From: a virus
Virus record (IMG/VR): IMGVR_UViG_3300031993_000069
Direction: 5' to 3' (one strand)
Length of the DNA stretch: 64,000 nucleotides
Shown in pieces: positions 49,401-61,029 of this stretch; the first letter of the stretch is position 1; every line of letters begins with the position of its first letter. The notes beneath the pieces are model-generated. The model made no database searches. It was not told where the DNA came from and was given only the letters and a program-made list of their open reading frames with translations. The position numbers were made by a program, and so were the translations under genes.

Positions 49401-49818
49401 AGGCCCAACAGGTGCTACTGGCCCTACAGGACCACAAGGCTTAATTGGTCCTACTGGTCCATCAGTTAGCTCTGCTGTAACCTTATATGATGGCGATGGT
49501 ATGACAAATGAAATGGCTGTCAGTGGCGTAACTCCAGCCGCTCTTACTTTCACAAATTTAAAGAATTATGGATTAATTGTCATGCTAGGCTATAAGAATG
49601 GTCACAGCAATGGTAATGGTATTATTATATTTTCTCCTGCTGCTCTTGATGCTTGGGGAAATTACACAGTTGCTTTAGGTGCTGATAACTGGCAATATAA
49701 TCTTAAATTATGGAAACCAGGTGAAGGCTCTGAAAAGATAACTTGGGCAACACAATCAGATTATGGCAGTAGCTATGAATTTACTGTTCATAAAGTTTAT
49801 GGAATTGGGAGAGTATAA
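46480..49818 (+). CDS. collagen-like tail-fibre protein (~1112 aa) spanning track ORFs 46480..49197 and 49366..49818 via in-frame TGA at 49195
   Basis: Junction motif [25 protein letters not shown] followed by hundreds of G-P-T-G/G-x-x-G triplets in several blocks. Upstream motif TTTTTGCTAAATTATATGATTAG. Confidence 0.7.
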
Positions 49819-49820
49819 TC

Positions 49821-50177
49821 ATGAAAATTAATTATATTTTAAATACAGATAATACAATAAAAACCTGGTGGAAAATTCCATTTGATGAGAATGTTCCATT
49901 CATCGAAGTTCCAGAAGATACTATAATTTATTCAAACGCTGATAAAGTTATTGATGGAAAATTCGTAAGAGATAATGAAGCTATTGAAGCTTTATTAGCT
50001 GAAAAACAAGCCAAGCTTGAAAAGGCAAGAAGAATTGCTGAATTGAAAAAATTATTAGCAGATTCAGACTATATTTGCTTAAAACATGCTGACGGTGAGA
50101 TTACCGATGAGGAATACGCCGCAGTAAAAGCTCAACGTCATGCTTGGCGTGTTGAAATCAATGAATTAGAGGCATAA
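49821..50177 (+). CDS. small conserved protein following the fibre gene (candidate tail-fibre assembly/chaperone; paralogs at 54343 and 58321)
   Basis: 118 aa. Shares N-terminal MK(I/V)NY.LNTDNTI and C-terminal DY.(C/A)LK(H/Y)A(D/E)GE...EEYA..K.QR.AWR.EI.ELE with 54343..54702 and 58321..58644. Confidence 0.5.
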   Translation: MKINYILNTDNTIKTWWKIPFDENVPFIEVPEDTIIYSNADKVIDGKFVRDNEAIEALLAEKQAKLEKARRIAELKKLLADSDYICLKHADGEITDEEYAAVKAQRHAWRVEINELEA

Positions 50178-50194
50178 AATAATATAAAATATTA

Positions 50195-50222
50195 AGAGGC
50201 AACCTTATGCCTCTTTTTATTT
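50195..50222 (+). terminator. rho-independent terminator
   Basis: AGAGGCAACCTTATGCCTCTTTTTATTT. Confidence 0.8.
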
Positions 50223-50297
50223 ATATCAATATAATTTGCTAAATTAATTGATTAGTTTGCAACAAACAATTAAAAACAATGTTAAGGAGCGTAAAAT

Positions 50298-51191
50298 ATG
50301 AGTAAATTATCTGATTTTACAGAAGCAACTCCAGTTGTTAATGATTTTTTAACAGATACCGTAGATGCTGATGAAATAATTATTGGTGGCACTTGTACAC
50401 ACGTTTTTGAGCTACCATTTATTTATGATCGAGTAGTAAAAAGCGCTAGAGTTATCTATAAACAAGGCTTAGAAGTAAAATTAACAGTAGATGTCAAGCA
50501 AAGTATGATTCAAATCAAAGGAACGTCTACAAATATTTATGTTTTCCTTCCAGTTGTTTACACAGAACTATTTGATAAAACTTTATTAGATGCTTATTGC
50601 CAACTTGAGATTATTACAAAAGACAATAAAAAGCTTTATGATGAACCACATAAATTAAGAGTTTTAGCACCGTTAACTGACTCAGAAAAACCAGTAGGCA
50701 TTATCGATGATGTCAAGGTAAATGGCGAGTCCGTAGTTTTTGGCGGTGTTGCTTATATCAATGTTCCAGAAAATATGTCTGACCTTGTTAATGATGTTGG
50801 ATATATCAGTAAGGTAAAAACTATCAATGGACAATCTATTGAGGGCGAAGGTAATATTGAAATTAAAGAGGTTTTTGTTAAGGATTTCTCAGATATTACA
50901 CTTTTAGAAGTATCTCCAGTAGAATTCATTGAATTAATTCGTAATCACTATCATTTAATCGATGCTGAGTCTTTAATTGTTCCAACAGAATTATTTGACT
51001 GCGATGAGGCATCAATTACAATCAGATTAAATGGAACTAATTATGTTATTAGATTATCAAGAAATAACCCAACAAATATGACAGGCACATTAGTTATGGC
51101 TGTAGACCAAAGCATTTATGAGCTTGTAATTGGTTTATTATATGTCGAAGGCGAATTAAAAGCTATAATTCGTTGTGCAAGTATTTATTAG
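50298..51191 (+). CDS. structural protein (297 aa) sharing the fibre junction motif
   Basis: Contains KTINGQSIEGEGNIEIK. Upstream motif ATTTGCTAAATTAATTGATTAG. Confidence 0.55.
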   Translation: MSKLSDFTEATPVVNDFLTDTVDADEIIIGGTCTHVFELPFIYDRVVKSARVIYKQGLEVKLTVDVKQSMIQIKGTSTNIYVFLPVVYTELFDKTLLDAYCQLEIITKDNKKLYDEPHKLRVLAPLTDSEKPVGIIDDVKVNGESVVFGGVAYINVPENMSDLVNDVGYISKVKTINGQSIEGEGNIEIKEVFVKDFSDITLLEVSPVEFIELIRNHYHLIDAESLIVPTELFDCDEASITIRLNGTNYVIRLSRNNPTNMTGTLVMAVDQSIYELVIGLLYVEGELKAIIRCASIY

Positions 51192-51205
51192 GAAGGAGCT
51201 ATTAA

Positions 51206-54200
51206 ATGAAAAGTAAATTTAGTAATTCTTCATTCTCTTCTACTGATTTCGGAAACAATGTAAGAGACGAAGCATTAAAATTTGAATTAGAGAATAACGT
51301 TGCTGCAGAAATTAAAGTAGCTCAATCAGGAAATATTATTAGTATAGCTCTTTATAACCAAAGAGGAGAAGTCCTTGGAGCACCACAAGAATTTAGTATT
51401 CAAAGTGCACAAGGTGCCATTACTAATATTGCTCTTGATGATATTAAGAGAGAACTTATTGTTGATTTTGAAACCGCTCCTTCAATTCATGTCGACTTTA
51501 AGTCAATTTTCAATACTTTAAATTCTTTAGTAAATACAAAACAAGATAAGCTTAAATTTGGTTATGGCTTAAAATATGATAAGTCTACAGACACTTTATT
51601 GGTTGATAGAGCTAATGTAGATTATAAAGAAGGCACTGGAATTATTATTGATGCCGCTAATAAAATTATTAGTATTGATACAAGCTTACTTGATGCAAAG
51701 CAAGATAAGTTAGTTTCTGGTGTAAACATTAAGACTATTAATCATAATGATATTTTGGGTGAAGGCGATATCTCAATTATCGGACAACGTGGAAAGTCTG
51801 CTTATGAGATTGCAGTCGATGAAGGCTATGAAGGTACTGAGGCTGAATGGCTTGCTAGCTTAGTTGGTCCAAAAGGTGATATCGGCCCTACTGGAATTCC
51901 AGGACTTGTTGGTCCTACAGGAGCTCAAGGAGAAACAGGTAATATTGGTCCTACTGGTTTACCTGGTGCTATTGGACCTACTGGTCCAAGAGGCATGACT
52001 GGTTCAATTGGTCCAACTGGTAAGGTTGGTCCAACAGGACCTATCGGTCCTGCTGGCCCTCAAGGTATTCAAGGCCCAACAGGTAGCTATATTGAGTCAA
52101 TTGAAAAACTTACAACAGTAGAATATACTGATACATATGAAATTAAATTAACAGATGGAACAACACATCAATTCAAAGTTGTTAATGGTACTATGGGTCC
52201 TACAGGACCTAAGGGTGATACTGGTGCGACTGGTGATAGAGGCCCTTCTGGACAAAACGGCATCTCTCCAGTTTTAGCTATCGATATTGATGGCTATTGG
52301 ACTATTAACGGCGAAAGCACTGGTGTTCGTGCAATTGGTCCAATTGGTCCAACTGGTGCAAATGGCCCACTTGGTCCGCAAGGCCAAAAAGGTGATACTG
52401 GTGATAGAGGCCCAACAGGTCCTAAAGGAAATACTGGTCTTGCCGGTAAAGCCGGTCCAACAGGTCCTATTGGACTTGTCGGTCCAACAGGCGCACAAGG
52501 ACCTACCGGTGCAAAAGGAGAAGAGACAAAAGTTTCTGTTAATAGCGTTGTCTATGAGCCAGATGAAAATAATATTGTCACCATTCCAGATTATCAAGAA
52601 ATTATTCCTAATGCAGTATTGACAGGCATTGTTGAACCAAATGATAACATGCTTAAGTCATTACGTATTGATGGTGTAACATTTGATGCTACTAGTGCCG
52701 AATATTTAACTAATTTACCAAACAGCGCTTTAAATGAAGATCAATACAGACAAACTTGTAAAAATCTTTGCTTTATTGGACATGATGATACTCTCTATGC
52801 AAAAGCATACGAAACAGCTGATTCAATCATCTTCTATTCTATCTCATACTTGGAGCCAGGTGCTGAAGGTGGTTTATATCAAATCGGCAGTAAAAAATTA
52901 ACTGTTAGCAAAATAACAAAAGAATATGAGATTTCAAACAGCGTTAATATCACAATTTATGATTTAACAAAATTAAATGAATTACTTGATGGAAAATTAA
53001 GCATTGCTGATATTGAGTTATTAGGAACCCAAGAGGCTGGAAGCCCAATTGCTGGTCGTATTACGCTTAATGGTACTACTTGGAACCTTACAAAAATTAC
53101 TGGAATTAATACCACTCCAAGTGCAACAACTCCAGTATTAAATACTTTAAATATTAATGGTACTTTATATAAATTAAGTGCCTTAACAACAGTTGATTCT
53201 GAGGCAGCTATTGCAAATGCTTTGCAATCAGAAGCAGCAAGTACAACTATTTCTGCTCTTGATGGCTTAAGAGAGCTTGTTTCTGACGGTTATGAATATT
53301 CTGAAACACTCAATAGCGGAGATGTTATTGGTGAAACTACTGACCTTTATAAAGTTCTTATCAATAAACTTCCATTTAAGGCAAACGGAATTTGCTTTAA
53401 ATTCATTGGTACTTCCAGTGGTGGTGTTTCATTAGAGTATGTTGGTAGAGTAAATGTTACCGGCACTGAAAATGCAAAAATTCAAAATTATCTTCTTTCA
53501 TTTAATACTAGTACTAAAGCAGTTACCATTATTTTTGGATATGATTTTGAGGATATTGATTCTGTCCTTGGCATTGTAAAGGCCCAAAGTAGCGGTTCTG
53601 TTGTAAAGCTAGCTGATACTGCTGCATTAAAGGAGCTTGTTTCAACTGGCTATTATCCTACAGAACCTATAGTTAATGGCACTACAGTTGTAGAAAACAG
53701 CAACTTAGATATTGTTTTAAGAAGTAGAATTCCTATTACATTACCAGATGGTATTACTTATAGATATAAAACAAGATATACTGAAGATGGTGATACAATT
53801 TTTGAGTATTCAAGCGAAATTGTTGGATTAGAAAATCTGGTAGCAGACTCAAATAACCCAAATACATTCGAATTAAAAACTGCGCCAACTGCTGATTTAT
53901 TTGTATTAAGATATAATTTAGATACAAGAAAAATTAATTTAATTACAACAAGACTTGGCACCAAAATTGTCTATGAAGGAAGCTTAAGTGGACAAGGAAC
54001 ACAAGGAATTCCATATGATTGGCTAAGTAGCTTCAAATTAGTCATGTTTAGTGGCTATAAAGAGGGTGTTCCAGCCCCAAATAAAACAACAATTATTATT
54101 GATCCAAAACAAATTGTTCCAGATGCTTATTCTAATGAACAAACTGCTATTTTCCCACTTTCTGCTAAAGACGGCGATGTCAGCTGGTCTTACCGAGTTC

Positions 54201-54328
54201 TCATTAAAGAGTCTGTTGTCGATGAACACGTTTATTGGTGGACAGACTTCTACTGGGATTGGTGGGAAGGAAGCGTTAAGCACTCAAGCAATGTATTCTT
54301 TGTAAATAGAATTGTTGGAATTAGATAA
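51206..54328 (+). CDS. collagen-like tail-fibre protein (1040 aa)
   Basis: Junction motif [20 protein letters not shown] followed by G-P-T-G triplet blocks; large non-collagen C-terminal domain. Confidence 0.7.
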   Translation: MKSKFSNSSFSSTDFGNNVRDEALKFELENNVAAEIKVAQSGNIISIALYNQRGEVLGAPQEFSIQSAQGAITNIALDDIKRELIVDFETAPSIHVDFKSIFNTLNSLVNTKQDKLKFGYGLKYDKSTDTLLVDRANVDYKEGTGIIIDAANKIISIDTSLLDAKQDKLVSGVNIKTINHNDILGEGDISIIGQRGKSAYEIAVDEGYEGTEAEWLASLVGPKGDIGPTGIPGLVGPTGAQGETGNIGPTGLPGAIGPTGPRGMTGSIGPTGKVGPTGPIGPAGPQGIQGPTGSYIESIEKLTTVEYTDTYEIKLTDGTTHQFKVVNGTMGPTGPKGDTGATGDRGPSGQNGISPVLAIDIDGYWTINGESTGVRAIGPIGPTGANGPLGPQGQKGDTGDRGPTGPKGNTGLAGKAGPTGPIGLVGPTGAQGPTGAKGEETKVSVNSVVYEPDENNIVTIPDYQEIIPNAVLTGIVEPNDNMLKSLRIDGVTFDATSAEYLTNLPNSALNEDQYRQTCKNLCFIGHDDTLYAKAYETADSIIFYSISYLEPGAEGGLYQIGSKKLTVSKITKEYEISNSVNITIYDLTKLNELLDGKLSIADIELLGTQEAGSPIAGRITLNGTTWNLTKITGINTTPSATTPVLNTLNINGTLYKLSALTTVDSEAAIANALQSEAASTTISALDGLRELVSDGYEYSETLNSGDVIGETTDLYKVLINKLPFKANGICFKFIGTSSGGVSLEYVGRVNVTGTENAKIQNYLLSFNTSTKAVTIIFGYDFEDIDSVLGIVKAQSSGSVVKLADTAALKELVSTGYYPTEPIVNGTTVVENSNLDIVLRSRIPITLPDGITYRYKTRYTEDGDTIFEYSSEIVGLENLVADSNNPNTFELKTAPTADLFVLRYNLDTRKINLITTRLGTKIVYEGSLSGQGTQGIPYDWLSSFKLVMFSGYKEGVPAPNKTTIIIDPKQIVPDAYSNEQTAIFPLSAKDGDVSWSYRVLIKESVVDEHVYWWTDFYWDWWEGSVKHSSNVFFVNRIVGIR

Positions 54329-54342
54329 GGAGCTAGATTATT

Positions 54343-54702
54343 ATGAAAGTTAATTATACATTAAATACAGATAATACGATATCTTCTATTACAGCTTATC
54401 CTTTTAATAATAATGCACCATTTATTGAGATTACCTCAATCGATGATGTAACAATTGGAGTTGATTTAGTTATTAATGGCAAATTTGTCAAAGACGCCGA
54501 AAGACAAGCAAAAATTAATAGAAGTAGTCAAATTATAGCTCAAGTAGAGGATTTAAAGTCTAAGCTAGCAAAAACAGACTATTTAGCTATTAAATATGCC
54601 GAAGGTGAGTTATCACCCGAAGAATTTGCACCAACAAAGTCCCAACGTCATGCTTGGCGCTTAGAAATCGGAGAGCTAGAAGAAGAACTAAGAAATCTTT
54701 AG
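54343..54702 (+). CDS. small conserved protein (paralog of 49821)
   Basis: See 49821. Confidence 0.5.
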   Translation: MKVNYTLNTDNTISSITAYPFNNNAPFIEITSIDDVTIGVDLVINGKFVKDAERQAKINRSSQIIAQVEDLKSKLAKTDYLAIKYAEGELSPEEFAPTKSQRHAWRLEIGELEEELRNL

Positions 54703-54724
54703 TTTCTGATTAATTCAAAATTAT

Positions 54725-54757
54725 TAAGAGTACTTTATTAAAGTACTCTTTTATTTT
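54725..54757 (+). terminator. rho-independent terminator
   Basis: AAGAGTACTTTATTAAAGTACTCTTTTATTTT. Confidence 0.8.
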
Positions 54758-54805
54758 ATTATTTGCTAAATTATATGATTAATGACTTTTTAGGAGGCAG
54801 TATAG

Positions 54806-55195
54806 ATGGATAAAAAATTTAGAATAGACTGAATTTTAGCCAATTATACCGTAGAAACCTGGAATGAAATGTATAAAAAAGCCGAAAAGGGAGAGCCTGA
54901 TGCTCAAACTGTTGATTATAATGACATTTATCCAGATGCTACGAATAGTTTAAACATTGACTATAATACTATGTACCATCTTGTTGAAACTGGGTCAGAA
55001 ATTACAGATCCAGAAATGAAACGAGATGTAGAAGACTGGAATAAAGGTATTCTTCCTCCTGAATCTGATCATGACGAAGTTATAGGTCATACGCTAGTTT
55101 TAAGAGGAAAAAGTACTGTTATTGCAGCAACTAATACTATTAAATTGGATAATAATGAAACTATAAATAATAAAAAGCATTCATTAGTTTTATAA
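54806..55195 (+). CDS. hypothetical protein (~129 aa) with in-frame TGA at 54830
   Basis: RBS TAGGAGGCAG then ATG. Frame-continuous with track ORF 54869..55195 across a TGA. Upstream motif TATTTGCTAAATTATATGATTAATGAC. Confidence 0.5.
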
Positions 55196-55209
55196 GGAGA
55201 GAGTAAGAT

Positions 55210-58200
55210 ATGAGTGATAAATATGTAAATAAAGTTGAAGCTCAAGACGGTCAAGAATATCCTGTTAGAGATGAACGAATTCCAGAAGTATCCGCTGAGG
55301 ATAATGGTAAAGCCTTTGTAGTAAAAAACGGCGTTATTGACCTTGAAGTTATCTCTCATGGCCCAGTCGGCCCAACAGGTGCCGCTGGTCCTAAAGGCGA
55401 TAAAGGCGACAAGGGAGACAAGGGTGATACTGGAGCGCAAGGCCCACAAGGTGAGCCTGGTGCTAAAGGAGACTCAGGAGATGTAGGTCCAACCGGACCT
55501 GCTGGAGCAAAAGGCGAACAAGGTATTGAAGGTAAAGTTGGTCCAACTGGTCCTAAAGGAGCAGATGGAACCAATGGAGAAAAAGGTGAACAAGGTAACT
55601 TAGGTCCAACAGGACCTAAAGGTGATAAAGGCGATATTGGTAATGTCGGACCTACTGGTCCACAAGGCATTGCTGGTACAGCCGGAGCTCTTGGACCAAC
55701 TGGTCCTAAGGGCGAAAAAGGAGACCAAGGAATTGTTGGTGAAACCGGTCCAGTTGGTCCTACTGGACAAGCTGGCGCTGAAGGTAAACAAGGTCCTACT
55801 GGAGCTGAAGGAAAAGTTGGCCCAACCGGTAGTAAAGGTGAGACTGGTAGTGTAGGTCCAACCGGTGCTACAGGTGCACAAGGCTTAACAGGACCTACCG
55901 GAAGTAATGGCGACACAGGAGCCATTGGTCCTACTGGACCACAAGGCTCGCAAGGTTTAGTTGGCCCTACAGGAGCTAAAGGTGAAAAAGGTGCTGATGG
56001 AACATCAATTACTTTAAAACCTGATGCTGAATCATGTATTAATATTGGTGATGCCTATATGGATGAATATGGACATCTTCAAATTTTAGATAGTTTAGAT
56101 CCACGTCATTTTAAAGATGCTGGACAAATTAGGGGCCCACAAGGCCCAACAGGCGCAACAGGAGCTCAAGGAGCTACTGGTCCGACTGGTGAAAAAGGCG
56201 ATACCGGAGAAACCGGAGCTAAGGGCCCAACTGGTGAGAAAGGTGCAACTGGAAATGTTGGACCTACTGGTGAAGCTGGAGCTATTGGTCCTACTGGACC
56301 AAAAGGCGAGAATGGTTCTGACGGTGCTGAAGGTAAACAAGGACCTACAGGTCCTCAAGGTATTGCCGGTAATTTAGGTCCAACAGGCCCTAAAGGAGAG
56401 CAAGGTATTCAAGGCTTACAAGGTCCAACTGGTAAAGATGGCGCGACTGGCTCTGAGGGTCCTATCGGACCTACAGGCCCTAAAGGAGAAACAGGAGCCA
56501 CCGGTGAAACTGGTGCTACTGGTCCTGTCGGACCTACGGGCGCTAAGGGAGACAATGGTGCAAAAGGTCCAACAGGAGAAAAAGGTGAGACCGGCGCTAT
56601 TGGACCAACCGGTGAAAAAGGAGAGGCTGGTGCATTAGGACCAACCGGTCCAAAAGGCGACCAAGGCGAAAAAGGAAATGATGGTGCAATCGGACCTACC
56701 GGTCCTCAAGGCATTCAAGGTATTGAGGGTAAAGTAGGACCTACTGGTGCCAAAGGTGAAACTGGAAATCTTGGTCCAACTGGCTTAGCTGGAGAAGATG
56801 GAAATAATTATTATACAACCTCTAAGTGGGCGCCAGAAAATCTTTCTTGGGATTTATGGGTCTATGAGTCTGAAATGAACAATTGGGATAGCAAGATTTC
56901 TGCTGGAGATATTGTCTATCTAGGTAATTCTTATTATGGTATCGTTCAAAGCTTAGGTGAAGACGGTACTGGTAAATATGCTGTTGTAAACGCTTATGTT
57001 AATATTAAAGGTCCAACAGGAGCTCAAGGTGAACAAGGCGTTGAAGGTAAATTAGGTCCTACAGGTCCACAAGGTCCTGCAGGAGCAAGTATCACTGGTG
57101 ATGTTGGTCCAACTGGACCACAAGGCGAAACAGGTTCTCAAGGACCTGTCGGTCCAACCGGCGCTGCTGGTAAAGATGGAAAAGACGGTGCTGATGGAAA
57201 AGTCGGCCCAACGGGTGCTAATGGCTTAAATGGTGCAACAGGTCCTACAGGACCTAAAGGTGCAGACGGTCAAGCTGGAGCAGAAGGACCACAAGGTCCT
57301 ACTGGTCCTAAAGGCGAGACTGGTGCAACAGGTGCCACTGGTACAGAGGGTAAAATTGGACCTACAGGCCCACAAGGTCCAGCTGGTGAATCAATTACCG
57401 GTAATACTGGACCTACAGGTCCAGAGGGCAAATTAGGCCCAACTGGTCCTAAAGGTGAAAATGGAACTAATGGTGCTACTGGTCCTACTGGACCACAAGG
57501 CCCTAAGGGTGAAGACGGCAAAGACTCAACAGTTGCAGGTCCTCAAGGACCTACAGGTCCTGCTGGACAAAATGGACAAGATGGAGCTACTGGTGCTTTA
57601 GGTCCAACTGGACCTAAGGGCGCTGATGGCATAGGTACCAAAGGTGATACGGGTCCAACTGGTCCTCAAGGACCTGCTGGAGAAAGCATCACGGGTGCAA
57701 CCGGACCTACTGGTGAAACTGGAGCTCAAGGACCTCAAGGTCCTACAGGCCCAAAAGGAACTGATGGAAGCGCAGGAGCTACGGGTCCTACCGGACCTAA
57801 AGGAGCAGATTCAACTGTTCCAGGCCCTGTCGGTCCTACAGGACCTAAGGGAAATGATGGAGTTGGCTCTGTTGGTCCAACCGGTCCAAAAGGTGCAGAC
57901 TCATCTGTTGCTGGACCTATCGGTCCAACTGGCCCACAAGGTATCCAAGGTGCTACAGGACCTACTGGTCCTGCTGGAAGTGATGCCAATGCTACTATTC
58001 AAACAATTGCAGTTGGAGCATTCACATCTGGTTCCGCATCTATTACTGATTTAACAACTTTAATGGCTAAATATTCACACGTAATTATTTACGGCCACCA
58101 TCAATATGCCCCAACGGTTGAAATGTGTGCAGTTATTGACTTAACGTCACTTAATTCTGGAACAACCTATACATTAAATGGTTGGATTAAGGACTGGGAC

Positions 58201-58305
58201 AGAAATATTCCAATTTATGTTTTCAAAGCTAGCGGATATATTGATTGGAATTCAGGCAACTCTGACGCCGTTTATATTACTGCAATTTTAGGTATTACTA
58301 AGTAA
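55210..58305 (+). CDS. collagen-like tail-fibre protein (1031 aa)
   Basis: About 75% of the protein is G-x-x triplets (GPTG/GAKG/GEKG). Confidence 0.7.
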   Translation: MSDKYVNKVEAQDGQEYPVRDERIPEVSAEDNGKAFVVKNGVIDLEVISHGPVGPTGAAGPKGDKGDKGDKGDTGAQGPQGEPGAKGDSGDVGPTGPAGAKGEQGIEGKVGPTGPKGADGTNGEKGEQGNLGPTGPKGDKGDIGNVGPTGPQGIAGTAGALGPTGPKGEKGDQGIVGETGPVGPTGQAGAEGKQGPTGAEGKVGPTGSKGETGSVGPTGATGAQGLTGPTGSNGDTGAIGPTGPQGSQGLVGPTGAKGEKGADGTSITLKPDAESCINIGDAYMDEYGHLQILDSLDPRHFKDAGQIRGPQGPTGATGAQGATGPTGEKGDTGETGAKGPTGEKGATGNVGPTGEAGAIGPTGPKGENGSDGAEGKQGPTGPQGIAGNLGPTGPKGEQGIQGLQGPTGKDGATGSEGPIGPTGPKGETGATGETGATGPVGPTGAKGDNGAKGPTGEKGETGAIGPTGEKGEAGALGPTGPKGDQGEKGNDGAIGPTGPQGIQGIEGKVGPTGAKGETGNLGPTGLAGEDGNNYYTTSKWAPENLSWDLWVYESEMNNWDSKISAGDIVYLGNSYYGIVQSLGEDGTGKYAVVNAYVNIKGPTGAQGEQGVEGKLGPTGPQGPAGASITGDVGPTGPQGETGSQGPVGPTGAAGKDGKDGADGKVGPTGANGLNGATGPTGPKGADGQAGAEGPQGPTGPKGETGATGATGTEGKIGPTGPQGPAGESITGNTGPTGPEGKLGPTGPKGENGTNGATGPTGPQGPKGEDGKDSTVAGPQGPTGPAGQNGQDGATGALGPTGPKGADGIGTKGDTGPTGPQGPAGESITGATGPTGETGAQGPQGPTGPKGTDGSAGATGPTGPKGADSTVPGPVGPTGPKGNDGVGSVGPTGPKGADSSVAGPIGPTGPQGIQGATGPTGPAGSDANATIQTIAVGAFTSGSASITDLTTLMAKYSHVIIYGHHQYAPTVEMCAVIDLTSLNSGTTYTLNGWIKDWDRNIPIYVFKASGYIDWNSGNSDAVYITAILGITK

Positions 58306-58320
58306 GGAGTTTAAAAATAT

Positions 58321-58644
58321 ATGAAAATTTACTTATTATTAAAAGATACTATTATTACTGGTTATTCTTATTCAGAACTTCCAGAAACAATTGAAGTTGA
58401 AATCGAAAATCCAAATAGTATCAAACTTGGTATTGATGCTTACGTCGATGGAAAAATCATTTCAAATGAAATTCCAGCTGCTCAAGTCAAAGCTGCTAGA
58501 ATTAGAGAATTAAAAGGCTTATTAGCTGAGTCTGATTATCTTTGCTTAAAGCATGCTGATGGCGCCTTATCAGATGAAGAATATGCTGAGACAAGAGCAC
58601 AAAGACAAGCTTGGAGAGAAGAAATCAATAGCTTAGAAAACTAA
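58321..58644 (+). CDS. small conserved protein (paralog of 49821)
   Basis: See 49821. Confidence 0.5.
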   Translation: MKIYLLLKDTIITGYSYSELPETIEVEIENPNSIKLGIDAYVDGKIISNEIPAAQVKAARIRELKGLLAESDYLCLKHADGALSDEEYAETRAQRQAWREEINSLEN

Positions 58645-58650
58645 TTTTAG

Positions 58651-59976
58651 GTGACTGAAATGGCAGAAAAAGTATTAAATGATAAATCAGCCAATGAGAA
58701 AGTCTATGATATCTTTAATATGCCATATGTTAAAGAAAATCCTAGAGTTAACCCAACAGCCAAAAAAATTCTAAATGATGAATTTACGTTGACTGATATT
58801 AGAAAAATATATAAAGAAGCTAAAGAAAAACTTTATGAAGAAACTACCTCGGACCTCTTAGATGATTATGTCTATTGGGGTCCAAGTAGAAGTCATTCTG
58901 AAGATTGAGGCTATGATAGCTCTGATATGGTCGGCGGAATGGGCTATAATATCTTTACCATTAAAGATGTTGCGTTTACAGACCAAGGCTATGGAATGAG
59001 TGGCGACCTCAAACGTACTGATAAGTTTGATATCTCATTAGAGCTTGCTTTATGGGGCTTATACAATAGTCGCTATGATGAAGATGAGGCTAGCGAATTC
59101 TTAGACCAAATGGAGAGTGACTCTGAAATTGCTTTTGAAGATATTCAAGAAGAGCTCAATGAAATTTGGGAAAAAGAAGAAAATGAAAGACAGACCAGAG
59201 ATGCTGAGAGTAAAAAAGTTTATGGCGTTAAAGGCCAAGTTACTATAAACATTAGCGTTGATGCTCCAAGCAGTAATCATTCAAATCATAAGGCAGAATT
59301 AAAATATGATTATGATGTTGTCGCTGATGTTGACTTGCCTTTCCAACCAGGAACGCCTATAGTAAGCAAGATTGTTCCAGTTGACTTTAATTTAACTGAT
59401 ATTAAAGATCCAAATGATTTTGATAAGGCACTTGGTAGAGAGCTTTCAAAAGGCTTAGAAAGCATAGCTGATTTAGAAATGGATAAGATTTATAATTCAA
59501 ATCCATTTAAGGTTAGCTTTGATTTCATTCCATATAATAAACAAAAACCAGCTTCAATGAAATATATCTTATATCAATCACCAAAAAACAATAAATATTA
59601 TATTACTTCAAAAGGCATTGGTATTGAAAATTTAAGATTATTCTGGGATTCTAAAAGCTTAAATTATAAATCAATGACTATATCAAAGACAGCTTCTTCT
59701 GGACACAGATATACCGTAGATGCGGTTAAAGATATTGCATTAAACCGCAGTAATTGCAATCAAAACTATCTTGCATTAGATGATGAAGACGCTTATAATA
59801 AATTCATTGTTCCTAATAATAAGATGAATATTGCTGTTAAGCTTGGCTTACGATTATTATTCTTAGTCGATTATCATGTTGATTTAGAAATTACTGAAGG
59901 CAGCAATAAAACTAAAAAAGTTGATGATTACTCAGGAAGCCAAAAAATTAAGGAATTTCCTGCGAAATTGATATAG
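58651..59976 (+). CDS. hypothetical structural protein (~441 aa) spanning track ORFs 58651..58908 and 58927..59976 via TGA at 58906
   Basis: Same frame with a single TGA in between (SHSEDWGYDSSD). Confidence 0.55.
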
Positions 59977-59984
59977 AATTTCCT

Positions 59985-60017
59985 AAAGAGCATTTATTAA
60001 TAAATGCTCTTTTTATT
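59985..60017 (+). terminator. rho-independent terminator
   Basis: AAAGAGCATTTATTAATAAATGCTCTTTTTATT. Confidence 0.85.
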
Positions 60018-60202
60018 ATGCTTTATTATATAGCTTTATATTATATTATAAAGCTTGAATGCGCGCGCCCGTATGTATATTTTTTAAAGAAAAATGTGCG
60101 CAAAAATCAAGAATTTACTGTATTCTATATTAGAGGCATTAAGCCAGAAAAGGCCTGAAATATCAGGTTTATTTATTGTATAATATAGTAAGAGGTTTAG
60201 TC

Positions 60203-60532
60203 ATGAAAGCAGAAAATTTTAACAAAATCGTTGAAGATCAAGTAGAACACATTAGAAAAGTATTAGTCAAGAAAGCTGATGAATATAATTTAGAGGAAGA
60301 CCGTTTAGGCTTTTTTAAGAGAGCTGCGACATTTGCACAAACAACTCCAGAAAAAGCTTTATATGGTTTTCTTTTAAAACACTTAGTTAGCTTGAATGAT
60401 ATGATTGTTTCTGGCGAAAAGTATTCAAAAGACTTATGGTTAGAGAAAATCACAGATATTGAAAATTATCTTATTCTTCTTTTAGGTTTATTAGAAGATG
60501 ATAAAATGTTTAAGAAAGTCGAGAAGAAATAA
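60203..60532 (+). CDS. hypothetical all-alpha protein (109 aa), possibly NTP-pyrophosphohydrolase-like
   Basis: Promoter TTGTATAATATAGT (60176), RBS AAGAGG. Confidence 0.5.
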   Translation: MKAENFNKIVEDQVEHIRKVLVKKADEYNLEEDRLGFFKRAATFAQTTPEKALYGFLLKHLVSLNDMIVSGEKYSKDLWLEKITDIENYLILLLGLLEDDKMFKKVEKK

Positions 60533-61029
60533 TGAGCCAAAAATACACACAATATATTGTAGACCATAGAACAAATGTTCAAAAAGCTTATTTATGGCTT
60601 GTAGAGCATGGTCTAGTCGATGCAGATATTCAATCACAAGCTGCACTTAATATTGCGGCGCATGATATGTCTAAGTATCAACCAGAAGAATACAAAGCAT
60701 ATGATGATTATTTCTATGGCACAAGAACCAAAGAAGTAGAAAAAGACTTCAATTATGCTTGGTTACACCATATCCATGCAAATCCTCATCATTGGCAATA
60801 TTGGGTATTAAAGCATGATGATGAACCAGAAGAAGCCTTAGAAATGCCTAGAGAATATGTTTATGAAATGATCGCAGATTGGTGGTCATTCAGCTTTAAG
60901 AAAGGCGACTTAAAAGAAATCTTTGGCTGGTATAAAGAACATAAAGGCATGGTCCTTCATCCAAATACAAGAAAATTAGTTGAAACTACTTTAGATAAAA
61001 TTAAAAAGATTTTGGAGGAAGAAAAATAA
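60532..61029 (+). CDS. hypothetical His-rich protein (165 aa)
   Basis: HDMSKY...LHHIHANPHHWQYW histidine cluster suggests a metal-dependent hydrolase. Confidence 0.45.
   Translation: MSQKYTQYIVDHRTNVQKAYLWLVEHGLVDADIQSQAALNIAAHDMSKYQPEEYKAYDDYFYGTRTKEVEKDFNYAWLHHIHANPHHWQYWVLKHDDEPEEALEMPREYVYEMIADWWSFSFKKGDLKEIFGWYKEHKGMVLHPNTRKLVETTLDKIKKILEEEK

Noticed and set aside
39284-57989. Numerous antisense or alternate-frame ORFs inside the collagen-like and repeat fibre genes (39284..39937 -, 43404..43767, 46624..46839 -, 47947..48412, 49239..49553 -, 52274..52622, 55356..56638, 57230..58054)
   Set aside because: These are out-of-frame readings of GGT-CCT-ACT-GGA triplet repeats (Pro/Val/Leu or Ser/Thr-rich). 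They are nested in long, well-supported + strand genes.
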